Below, in pieces: positions 1-8,090 of a stretch of DNA of 21,964 nt. This DNA is from Candidatus Zixiibacteriota bacterium. Its GTDB lineage: Bacteria > Zixibacteria > MSB-5A5 > GN15 > FEB-12. Positions within the stretch are counted from its first letter, which is position 1. Every line of letters starts with the position of its first letter. Where the stretch lies: positions 1 to 21,964 of the forward strand of contig JBGSIV010000136.1 in the NCBI GenBank assembly GCA_041742355.1. Direction: 5' to 3'. Made by a program: the position numbers and the translations under genes. The notes below the pieces were generated by a model. It was not told where the DNA came from and did not search any database. It worked only from the letters and a program-made list of their open reading frames with translations.

Positions 1-2
1 GC

Positions 3-590
3 GCCGCGCTGATGGAGGAAGCCTGCCGCCGTCGGCCCGGTACCATGGCCGCCATCATGGGGCTTGAGATGGAAAGAGTCGAGCAGGTCTGCACCGAAGC
101 ATCCGCAGCCGGCGTCGTCGTGCCCGCCAACTACAACTCGGGTATTCAGATCGCGATCTCCGGTGCCGTCGAGGGGATCGACAGGGCGATCGAACTGGCC
201 AAAGCGGCCGGCGCCAAACGCGCGATGAAGCTCGAGGTCGGCGGCGCTTTCCACTCGCCGCTCATGGAACCGGCTCGCGAGGGTCTGCAGGCGTACCTCG
301 CAACCGCCGCGATCAGCAACCCGACCAAACCTGTCATCGCGAACGTAACCGCCGCTCCGGTAACCGAAAGCAGCCGGATTCGCGAACTTCTCGTCGAGCA
401 GGTAACGGCGCCGGTGAAATGGGCGCAGACGATGCAGTACCTGGCGCAACAGGGCGTGACGACCATTTACGAAATCGGGCCGGGCAAAGTGCTGGTCGGG
501 CTGGCCAAACGCGACCTCAACCCGGAAACGACGATCAACCTCGATACCCTCGCGGATATCGAGGCTCTCGGCGCTGTCGAGAGCAGATAG
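3..590 (+). CDS. fabD: Malonyl-CoA:ACP transacylase, 5'-truncated by the window edge
   Basis: Frame is open from the window start. Motifs GTMAAIMGL, ANYNS..QIAISG, GGAFHSPLM, PVKW and EIGPGKVL. Lies directly upstream of fabG. Confidence 0.96.
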   Translation, partial: AALMEEACRRRPGTMAAIMGLEMERVEQVCTEASAAGVVVPANYNSGIQIAISGAVEGIDRAIELAKAAGAKRAMKLEVGGAFHSPLMEPAREGLQAYLATAAISNPTKPVIANVTAAPVTESSRIRELLVEQVTAPVKWAQTMQYLAQQGVTTIYEIGPGKVLVGLAKRDLNPETTINLDTLADIEALGAVESR

Positions 591-608
591 AGGAGAGGGA
601 GTAGGAAA

Positions 609-1340
609 ATGGACTTTTCCGGTAAGACCGTCATCGTCACCGGTTCCGCGCGCGGGATCGGCCGGGCCATCGCGGAGCGATTCTCCCGCGCCGGCGCCCG
701 GGTGGTCATCAGCGATATCGATGAAACGGCCGTCTGCGCGGTCGCGGGTGAAATGCCCGGCGAAGCGATCGGCATCCGGGCCGATGTCACGAAAGCCGCC
801 GATGTCGATGCGCTTATGGCAAAAACGCAGGAACGCTTTGGCACGGTTGACGTTGTCGTTAATAACGCGGGCGTCACGCGCGACACGCTCATGATTCGCA
901 TGGATGAAAAAGACTGGGACATGGTGCTTGACATCAATTTGAAAGGCGCTTTTCTTGTCACCAAATCGGCCGCGAAGATTATGATGAAACAGCGTTCCGG
1001 GCGAATCGTGAACGTGAGCTCCGTGGTCGGTCTCTTTGGCAACGCCGGGCAGGTGAACTACTCGGCCTCGAAAGCCGGATTGCTCGGGCTGACGAAATCC
1101 GCCGCCAAGGAACTGGGCGGCCGCGGCATCACCGTCAACGCGGTGGCGCCGGGCTTCATTGAAACGGATATGACTAGGGTGCTGTCGGACGAGGCACGGG
1201 AGAAGTTCCTCGAACGCAGCGTGATCAAACGGCCCGGCACGCCGGACGATGTCGCCGCGGCGGTGATGTTTCTGGCGTCGGACGGCGCCGCATACATCAC
1301 CGGCCACGTGATCGCCGTCGACGGCGGGATGGCCATGTAA
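609..1340 (+). CDS. fabG: 3-oxoacyl-ACP reductase (SDR family)
   Basis: TGSARGIG, NNAGVTRD, YSASK catalytic motif, NAVAPGFI, VDGGM. Purine-rich SD upstream and fab operon context. Confidence 0.96.
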   Translation: MDFSGKTVIVTGSARGIGRAIAERFSRAGARVVISDIDETAVCAVAGEMPGEAIGIRADVTKAADVDALMAKTQERFGTVDVVVNNAGVTRDTLMIRMDEKDWDMVLDINLKGAFLVTKSAAKIMMKQRSGRIVNVSSVVGLFGNAGQVNYSASKAGLLGLTKSAAKELGGRGITVNAVAPGFIETDMTRVLSDEAREKFLERSVIKRPGTPDDVAAAVMFLASDGAAYITGHVIAVDGGMAM

Positions 1341-1382
1341 ACAGGACAGCAACGTACAACCATACTTACAAGAGGTGCTACC

Positions 1383-1631
1383 ATGTCCGCAGAACTTGAA
1401 GAGAGAGTCAAAGAGATCATCGTCGAGCAGCTTGGTGTCGAAGCCTCGCAGGTGACGGAAAAAGCCAAGTTCGTCGACGATCTCGGCGCGGATTCGCTTG
1501 ACACCATTGAACTGGTCATGGCGCTCGAGGAGGAATTCTCCATCGAGATCCCCGATGAAGACGCCGAAAAAATCGTCTCCGTTGGTGACGCCATCAACTA
1601 CATCACGGAGCACAGCCCGAAAGCGAAGTAA
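1383..1631 (+). CDS. acpP: Acyl carrier protein
   Basis: [20 protein letters not shown] phosphopantetheine attachment motif; acidic 82 aa protein; GAGGT SD. Confidence 0.98.
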   Translation: MSAELEERVKEIIVEQLGVEASQVTEKAKFVDDLGADSLDTIELVMALEEEFSIEIPDEDAEKIVSVGDAINYITEHSPKAK

Positions 1632-1666
1632 GGACCGTTCGACCCCGAACGGAACCAAATCTGGCT

Positions 1667-2917
1667 ATGAAAAAACGAGTCGTCGTAACGGGTATGGGCG
1701 TGGTGTCCCCCAATGGCAACACGCTCGATGCATTCTGGAAATCGGTGCTCGACGGAGAGTCAGGGGTCGGCCCGATCACCCGCTTCGATAGCGCCCCCTT
1801 CCCGACCAGGATCGCGGCGGAAGTCAAGGACTTCAACCCGGACCTCTACCTGGAGAAGAAGGAAGCGCGCCGGATGGATCTGTCCGAGCAGTATGCCATC
1901 GCCGCCAGCGATATGGCGTTGGCCGATGCCGGCATCAAGGCGGACGCAGTCGATCCCGACCGCATCGGAGTCGTCATCGGCTCCGGAATCGGCGGGATCG
2001 CGACCTTCGAGAAGCAGCACTCCCTGCTCGAAGAAGCGGGCGGGCCATCAAAGGTGTCGCCGTTCTTCATCCCCATGATGATTATCGATATGTGCGCTGG
2101 ACTGGTGTCGATACGCCACGGCTTCCGCGGCCCGAACTACGCCACCGTCTCCGCCTGCGCATCATCGGCCCACGCTATCGCGGATGCGTTCCACATCATC
2201 CAGCGGGATGAAGCGGACTTCATGGTCTGCGGTGGCGCTGAAGCAACCATCACGCGGACCGCGCTGGCCGGGTTCTGCCAGGCCAAGGCGCTCTCCACCC
2301 GCAACGACGAACCGCAGCGCGCCTCGCGCCCCTTTGACTCCGAACGCGACGGTTTTGTCATGGGCGAGGGATCAGCCATCCTCGTGCTGGAATCCCTAGA
2401 CAGTGCCCGTGCTCGCGGCGCCCGAATTTACGGCGAAGTCCTCGGGACCGGCATGAGCGCCGATGCGCACCACATGACCGCCCCGCATCCCGATGGCCTC
2501 GGTGCCCGGCGGGCCATGATTATGGCCCTGCGGGAAGCCGGCCTCGAGCCGCACCAGATCGACTATGTCAACACCCACGGGACAGCCACCATTCTGGGCG
2601 ACACGGCCGAAACGCGGGCGATCAGGGAAGTTCTGGGCAAGCGCGCTTACGAAATTCCGTGCAATTCGACCAAGTCGATGGTGGGCCACCTGCTCGGCGC
2701 CGCCGGCGCCATCGAACTGGCCGCCACGCTCAAATCGATCCAGGAAGAGACTGTCCACCCGACCATCAATATCGACACGCCCGACCCGGAATGCGACCTG
2801 GATTACGTCAAGGGTTGCAAGCGCCCCGCCGCCATCCGCCACGCGTTGTCGAATTCCTTCGGCTTCGGCGGGCACAACGTTTCGCTGATCGTCGGAAAAC
2901 TCAACGGCGCTGAGTAG
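1667..2917 (+). CDS. fabF: Beta-ketoacyl-ACP synthase II
   Basis: RVVVTGMG, SACASS (catalytic Cys), NTHGT, KSMVGHLLGAAG, SNSFGFGGHN. Confidence 0.97.
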   Translation: MKKRVVVTGMGVVSPNGNTLDAFWKSVLDGESGVGPITRFDSAPFPTRIAAEVKDFNPDLYLEKKEARRMDLSEQYAIAASDMALADAGIKADAVDPDRIGVVIGSGIGGIATFEKQHSLLEEAGGPSKVSPFFIPMMIIDMCAGLVSIRHGFRGPNYATVSACASSAHAIADAFHIIQRDEADFMVCGGAEATITRTALAGFCQAKALSTRNDEPQRASRPFDSERDGFVMGEGSAILVLESLDSARARGARIYGEVLGTGMSADAHHMTAPHPDGLGARRAMIMALREAGLEPHQIDYVNTHGTATILGDTAETRAIREVLGKRAYEIPCNSTKSMVGHLLGAAGAIELAATLKSIQEETVHPTINIDTPDPECDLDYVKGCKRPAAIRHALSNSFGFGGHNVSLIVGKLNGAE

Positions 2918-3673
2918 ATGGGTGTCTGGGAGCGACTAAAGCAGCTCTTTACTCCGGACCAGCAGGAGCACCGCCTCATATCCGTTGAGGCGGTGCAGAA
3001 TCTTATCGGGTACCACTTCCGCGACACCGATATCCTGCAACTGGCCCTCACGCACCGGTCGTTTGCCCACGCCGCCGACCAGTACCACCTGTCCAACGAA
3101 CGCCTCGAATTCCTCGGCGATTCCGTGCTCGGTCTCGTCATCGCCGAACGCCTCTACCAGGATTACCCCGACTTGCGCGAGGGGGAACTGACCAAGCGGA
3201 AAGCCCTCCTCGTCAGCGAAACCACCCTCGCCGATATCGGCATTCGCACCGGACTTAACCGCCACCTCCTCCTCGCCCCCGAGGAGGATCGCTCCGGCGG
3301 ACGGGTCCGCGCTTCCATCGTCTCGGATGCCGTCGAGTCGGTCATCGGCGCGGTGGTCCTCGACGGTGGTTTCGATGCGGTGCGCGATGTCGTCCTCCGC
3401 CTCATCTACACCCACGAACCGCTCGTAACCACTGATTCCTCCCGCCAGAACTTCAAAGGGGAACTGCTCGAACTCATGCAGAGCCGCGGAGAAGGAATGC
3501 CGCAGTACGACGTCGTCTCCGAATCCGGCCCCGATCACGAAAAGGTGTTCTGCGTCGATGTTCTGCTCAACGGCCGGAAGATCGGTTCCGGCACGGGTCA
3601 TTCCAAAAAAGAGGCCGAGCAGCGGGCCGCCTCTGCCGCCCTGGAGCAGGTCCGCCGCCCCGCCCAGCCCTGA
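2918..3673 (+). CDS. rnc: Ribonuclease III
   Basis: ALTHRS, NERLEFLGDSVL signature, DAVESVIGA, C-terminal dsRBD (SGPDH..F...GTGHSKKEAEQ). ATG immediately follows the fabF TAG. Confidence 0.96.
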   Translation: MGVWERLKQLFTPDQQEHRLISVEAVQNLIGYHFRDTDILQLALTHRSFAHAADQYHLSNERLEFLGDSVLGLVIAERLYQDYPDLREGELTKRKALLVSETTLADIGIRTGLNRHLLLAPEEDRSGGRVRASIVSDAVESVIGAVVLDGGFDAVRDVVLRLIYTHEPLVTTDSSRQNFKGELLELMQSRGEGMPQYDVVSESGPDHEKVFCVDVLLNGRKIGSGTGHSKKEAEQRAASAALEQVRRPAQP

Positions 3674-3680
3674 GCACCCC

Positions 3681-3710
3681 GCCCGGTTGCTGCTGCCCCC
3701 CGGGTCTTTT
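3681..3710 (+). terminator. Possible weak intrinsic terminator after rnc
   Basis: GCCCGG(3681-3686)...CCGGGT(3700-3705) followed by CTTTT. Short stem and large loop. Confidence 0.3.
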
Positions 3711-3806
3711 CCCCGGATCCGTTACTTCGGCCTCGGGAGCCATCCTTTCGCCCGGAACCCCTCCGCAAGAACGGTTCCCGTATAAATGGAACGAAGATTC
3801 CGCCTC

Positions 3807-3822
3807 CGGCCATCAATTTGCT
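3807..3822 (+). promoter_or_regulatory. Candidate sigma-54 (-24/-12) promoter for the basic HTH gene
   Basis: CGGCCATCAATTTGCT gives GG-N10-GC with TTGCT at -12; the -24 half matches only partly. Confidence 0.35.
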
Positions 3823-3953
3823 AATGAGAATCCCCAACCATGCGTAACATTTCTGGATAATCCCCGGGGAGGAACACTCCGCGTCGCGCACCTGTAGGAC
3901 CCGTGGATCAACGAGAGAAGGACCTCGGTAACCTTTAACAGGAGTTCGTAGCA

Positions 3954-4325
3954 ATGCGCAAAGCTACCAGAGCAACCAAGAAGAAGACGACGACCACGCG
4001 GGCGGTCCGGCCGGGAGCGAAGGCTTGGAGCCCGGCGGATATCCGGCAATTGGTGTCGTTGTACAAGAACCAGACCGCCCAGGAAGTCGCCAACAGCATG
4101 GGGCGTTCCCTGGCCTCGGTCAAAGCGAAAATCCGCACGCTGAACCTCAAGAAAGACCCGGCCGCCAAACGGAGAGCTGCCGCTCGGCGCCGGGCCGAAA
4201 ACACGGGCAGCCGCGGCACGACCCGGAAGACAACCGGCCGCAAGACCACGGGCAAGAGCGCCTCGCGGTCAAGAACGACCGGCGCCCGAAACGGCTCCCG
4301 GCGCACCATGCGCCGCGGCGCCTGA
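3954..4325 (+). CDS. Small highly basic protein: central Myb/SANT/GcrA-like HTH flanked by K/R/T-rich tails (histone H1-like layout)
   Basis: AGGAG SD upstream. Core WSPADIRQLVSLYKNQTAQEVANSMGRSLASVKAKIRTLNL. Followed by a strong terminator. Confidence 0.8.
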   Translation: MRKATRATKKKTTTTRAVRPGAKAWSPADIRQLVSLYKNQTAQEVANSMGRSLASVKAKIRTLNLKKDPAAKRRAAARRRAENTGSRGTTRKTTGRKTTGKSASRSRTTGARNGSRRTMRRGA

Positions 4326-4341
4326 TCGCGACCCGATATGT

Positions 4342-4371
4342 GAAAAAGCCCGCGCCCGAGCGGGCTTTTTC
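4342..4371 (+). terminator. Rho-independent terminator (bidirectional geometry)
   Basis: GAAAAAGCCCGC-gcccga-GCGGGCTTTTTC: 12-bp inverted repeat with A and T tracts. Confidence 0.9.
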
Positions 4372-4387
4372 GTTTCCCCCGCCATAC

Positions 4388-4416
4388 TTGACATTTCAGC
4401 CCTCATTCGGCATATT
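4388..4416 (+). promoter_or_regulatory. Sigma-70-type promoter for etfB
   Basis: TTGACA(4388-4393)-N17-CATATT(4411-4416). Confidence 0.65.
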
Positions 4417-4458
4417 CGTTCCACTATATATCCGTGCCTGCAAACGACTGGAGTCGCC

Positions 4459-5244
4459 ATGAATATTGTCTGCCTGATCAAACAAGTACCCGAAATCGCC
4501 CTGATCAAAGTCAACGAGGCCGCCAACAAGGTGGAACTCCCCCAAGGCCCCGGAACGGTCAACCCGTTCGATGAATACGCCGTCGAGGAGGCCCTCCGCC
4601 TCAAGGAGAAACACGGCGGCACTGTCGTGGTCATGACCGTCGGCACCGACCGCGCCGATTCCGCCCTGCGCAATTGCCTCGCGCTGGGAGTCGACGACGC
4701 CTACCTGCTCAATGATCCGGCCTTCGAGAACTCCGACCCGCAGGCGATCGGCCACATTCTCGCCGCCGGCCTGAAGAAACTCGGCGCGTACGACCTCGTC
4801 CTGGCCGGCAAACAGGCGATCGACTCCGACTCGGCCCAGGTGCCGGGAACCGTCGCCGCCCTGCTTGACCTGCCGCAGGCGATGTTCGTCAAGAAGGTGG
4901 AGAGCGTCGAGGGCGGCAAGGCGGTCGTCCACCGCACCACCGAGGACGGCTACGATGTTGTGGAACTCACGCTGCCGGCGGTGGTCTCGGTCGTCAAGGA
5001 AATCAACGAGCCGCGCCTGCCCTCGCTCAAGGGAAAAATGGCTGCGAAGAAGAAAGACGTCATCACTTGGAATGCAGCCGCTCTCGGGGTCGATGCTGCC
5101 ACCGTCGGGGCGCAGTCGGGTACGAAGACGAACAAAGTCGCGCCGCCGCCCCCTCGTCCCAAGGGTGAGAAGATAGAAGGCGGTTCGCCCGACGAAATCG
5201 CCGACAAGCTGTTTAAGAAGTTGCGCGAGAATCAGATCCTGTAA
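4459..5244 (+). CDS. etfB: Electron transfer flavoprotein beta subunit (FixA family)
   Basis: MNIVCLIKQVP, NPFDEYAVEEALRLKE, GKQAIDSD, NEPRLPSLKG; GGAG SD. Confidence 0.95.
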   Translation: MNIVCLIKQVPEIALIKVNEAANKVELPQGPGTVNPFDEYAVEEALRLKEKHGGTVVVMTVGTDRADSALRNCLALGVDDAYLLNDPAFENSDPQAIGHILAAGLKKLGAYDLVLAGKQAIDSDSAQVPGTVAALLDLPQAMFVKKVESVEGGKAVVHRTTEDGYDVVELTLPAVVSVVKEINEPRLPSLKGKMAAKKKDVITWNAAALGVDAATVGAQSGTKTNKVAPPPPRPKGEKIEGGSPDEIADKLFKKLRENQIL

Positions 5245-5290
5245 TCGGCTGCAAAGACCCGGATTGGTTCCGCAATATCGGATCGAGAAT

Positions 5291-5318
5291 GCAGCCGGGC
5301 TCCGCGCCCGGCTGTTTC
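5291..5318 (+). terminator. Probable terminator hairpin after etfB
   Basis: CAGCCGGGC(5292-5300)-tccgc-GCCCGGCTG(5306-5314) followed by TTTC; the U-tract is short. Confidence 0.55.
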
Positions 5319-5324
5319 ACTACC

Positions 5325-5690
5325 ATGCGCAAACGCAAACTCCACAACTGCCCCGAATTCATCGCCGGCGACCACTCCCGGCTGCGAGAAATCGTCCATC
5401 CCGACCGCGCCTATCCCTTCACTGCCCGCTACTCCCTCGCCCATGCGACCGTCGATCCCGGCCGCCGCACCGACCGTCACCGCCTCACCTCCGATGAGCT
5501 CTACTTCATTATCAGCGGCACAGGCATGATGCACATTGACAAAGAATCGTCGCCGGTCGAACCGGGCGACGCTGTCGAAATCCCGCCACACGCCGTCCAG
5601 TGGATAGAGAACACCGGCGCTGAGCCGCTCGTCTTCCTCTGCATTGTCGATCCGGCCTGGCAGGCGGAGGACGAAGAGATTCTCCCGTGA
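5325..5690 (+). CDS. Cupin domain protein
   Basis: YSLAHATVDPG..T..HRL..DELYFIISGTG and PGDAVEIPP..VQWIENTG cupin motifs. ATG 5325 preferred over 5289 because the latter overlaps the hairpin. Confidence 0.85.
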   Translation: MRKRKLHNCPEFIAGDHSRLREIVHPDRAYPFTARYSLAHATVDPGRRTDRHRLTSDELYFIISGTGMMHIDKESSPVEPGDAVEIPPHAVQWIENTGAEPLVFLCIVDPAWQAEDEEILP

Positions 5691-5718
5691 CACCTCAAGT
5701 CAATCGCACATTTGAAGT

Positions 5719-5748
5719 TTGACAAGCCGCCCGCCTGACTGATATATA
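5719..5748 (+). promoter_or_regulatory. Sigma-70-type promoter for the LmbE-like gene
   Basis: TTGACA(5719-5724)-N18-TATATA(5743-5748). Confidence 0.55.
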
Positions 5749-5755
5749 CCCTGTG

Positions 5756-8023
5756 ATGGTGAATCCATTTGCACAGAAGAAGCTGGCCTGTCTGCCCGTC
5801 ATCGCAGGGGCCGTCCTCGCTGCGGTTATCGTGGCCGCTCTAATGCCCTCAACCGCACACGCCGCCGACCCGGTCAAATACGTCCTCTCCGATGTCCGCG
5901 TGTTGTATGTCTCGGACGACGCCGACGCAATCGACTGGCCTGCCCTGTACTACCTTAATGACGATCACGGCTGCCGCGTCGATGTCGTGCTGCTGGAGGA
6001 GCGCTCGAGTTTTCGGTCGATGACGAACGCCATCCCCGGCCGGGAGATGCGTCTGCATCGGCTGTTCGTGCCGCCCAATGACAAAGCCGCGCTCGACTCG
6101 GCGCTGGACTACGTCCTCGGCGAGCGCCACCCCGATCTCGTGCTGTTTGAGACGCGCACAGGGGAGGGGCTCTACAACGCGTTCCGCGCCCGCCTTATCG
6201 ATCTCGCGCCGTCAGCCGACCGTCGCTTCAACATCCTGAAGATCTACGATCGCATCACCGATCCCAACGAATCGGTTGACTCCGCCACCGCGGTATTCCT
6301 CAACAGCCGCGAGCTGACCACCCGTTACACCGATCGCATCGCCGCCGAGGCGCCGCGACTGATCGGCCGCGACCTGGATCTGCCCGCGACTCCCCCCGGG
6401 CTCACCCGCTACCGGCTCGTCTCAAGCCGCGTTGCCGGTCGCCTCCCGGAGATCGTCTTTCTCTCCGGCATTCCGCAGAATCGCTTGACGATCATTATCG
6501 AAGAGCTGGTTGCCGAGGGCCCAAAGAAAACCACCTTGCTTCGCCAGGCCCGGCAGTTCTACTCGTCGTTGCGGGCGGCTCTCGACGAGCGTAACGACCA
6601 GCGCCGCCTGCAACTCGTACTGGATGGATTCCGCCCGCTCGGCGACCTGGTGAGTTCGACCGCAGGAGATCCGCTCTTCGACGCCCAGGTTGACCTGCAC
6701 ACGTATATCACCGGCCTGTTGGAGCGTACCGAACGGCTGGCGCTGACGGTAGCCGGGATACAGTGGGACGGCTCAATCATCGTCCGCGATTCACCCGATG
6801 GCCTGCGCCTGAAGTACCGGGCGTCTCTCTCCGCCGATGGCCCGCAGGAGGCGCAACTGAAGACGATCCGGTTCCATCCGTACTGGGATTCCACGCAGGT
6901 GATCGTCGACAGCGCCGTTCGCACGATCACCCCGCACCAGACCTTCGTCCGCGAGTACCTCGTGGACATCGACCCGAAGTACCTCGAAGCCAGCCGCCCC
7001 GACTCGCTCATCTTCACCGCCGAACTCGCCTATGGCCCGGTGCCGCTGACCATGCGTAACGCCGTCCCGGTGGGTGAGAAATTCTCCCTCGATGTCAGTT
7101 TCGAACCGAACTTCTATTTCGTCCCGCCGGTATCGGATCTGGATATCGACCGCGTGGTAAAACCCATGAGCCTGCGGGTCGTGATTCAGAAGCCGCGCAG
7201 CCTCGCCGGCACAGTCAAGCTCAACCTCGAAACGCCGCGGGGTCTGTTCGCCGGAGCCTACCAGCAGGAAATCTCGCTCGGCCGGAACAAGGTCAGCGAG
7301 ACCCTGCGCATCCCGTTCTCGATTTCCAAACTGTTCGAACTCGGACTGCAGCACCAGGTGATCTCCCTGTCCTACCGGGGCAACATCGTTGCGGCCGACA
7401 CCGCCCTCGTGCGCATTGCCTCGTGCCATATCGACGACAAGACCAAGATCGCCTTCCTGCCCGATACCACTGGTCAACTCGAGGACATCCTCAATATGAC
7501 CGACGCGGGCTTCCAGCCGCTGACCGATCGCGGGCTGATCACCGCTCCGCTCAATGCCTACGATGTGATAATCATCGGGTCCGGTGCGTTCCGCTCGTAT
7601 CCGTCGTTTCCCACCATCAAAGACCGCTTCGAGGATTTCGTGCGCCTCGGCGGTTCGCTGGTGATACTCGGCCAGCCCCCCGACTTCCCGCAGGATGTCC
7701 TCCCCGTACGCTTCGTCCCCGATATCGAACTCGTCGATCAGGCGGCAATCACCAACCGCATCGCCGAAGCGAACATTCTGAACAAGCCCTACGCCATTAT
7801 CGAAACCGGCCTGTTCTCATCGTTTTACAAGAAGCGCGACGTCGCGTCGGCGGTCGTGGCCCCCTCTGAACGGGTCTTTGTAACCCCCAGCGGCGCGGCG
7901 CTTTTGGCCGTCTCACGCCTCGGCGAGGGACAGATTATCTACTGCGGCCTCCCCCTGCTCGATATGATCTCCCGGCTCGATATCGATGCCATTCACCTCT
8001 TTGCGAACATCCTGAACTATTAG
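5756..8023 (+). CDS. Secreted multidomain LmbE/PIG-L-like protein: degenerate deacetylase domain, beta-rich middle, C-terminal class I GATase-like domain
   Basis: Signal peptide ending TAHA. N-terminal RVLYVS...ALYYL...HGCRVDVV...RHPDLVLF...LKIY. C-terminal KIAFL...LNAYDVIIIG...FVRLGGSLVI...LGEGQIIYCGL...HLFANIL. Start is GTG 5753 or ATG 5756. Confidence 0.7.
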   Translation: MVNPFAQKKLACLPVIAGAVLAAVIVAALMPSTAHAADPVKYVLSDVRVLYVSDDADAIDWPALYYLNDDHGCRVDVVLLEERSSFRSMTNAIPGREMRLHRLFVPPNDKAALDSALDYVLGERHPDLVLFETRTGEGLYNAFRARLIDLAPSADRRFNILKIYDRITDPNESVDSATAVFLNSRELTTRYTDRIAAEAPRLIGRDLDLPATPPGLTRYRLVSSRVAGRLPEIVFLSGIPQNRLTIIIEELVAEGPKKTTLLRQARQFYSSLRAALDERNDQRRLQLVLDGFRPLGDLVSSTAGDPLFDAQVDLHTYITGLLERTERLALTVAGIQWDGSIIVRDSPDGLRLKYRASLSADGPQEAQLKTIRFHPYWDSTQVIVDSAVRTITPHQTFVREYLVDIDPKYLEASRPDSLIFTAELAYGPVPLTMRNAVPVGEKFSLDVSFEPNFYFVPPVSDLDIDRVVKPMSLRVVIQKPRSLAGTVKLNLETPRGLFAGAYQQEISLGRNKVSETLRIPFSISKLFELGLQHQVISLSYRGNIVAADTALVRIASCHIDDKTKIAFLPDTTGQLEDILNMTDAGFQPLTDRGLITAPLNAYDVIIIGSGAFRSYPSFPTIKDRFEDFVRLGGSLVILGQPPDFPQDVLPVRFVPDIELVDQAAITNRIAEANILNKPYAIIETGLFSSFYKKRDVASAVVAPSERVFVTPSGAALLAVSRLGEGQIIYCGLPLLDMISRLDIDAIHLFANILNY

Positions 8024-8090
8024 TCCCCGCCGGCGTTATAACTAATTCTGCCCGAGGTATGGGTAGAGCCCGGAACGAGCCGCGTATACA

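Noticed and set aside
3..2917. fab genes as a type II PKS or secondary metabolite cluster
   Set aside because: Canonical fabD-fabG-acpP-fabF-rnc order with no chain-length factor or tailoring genes indicates primary metabolism.
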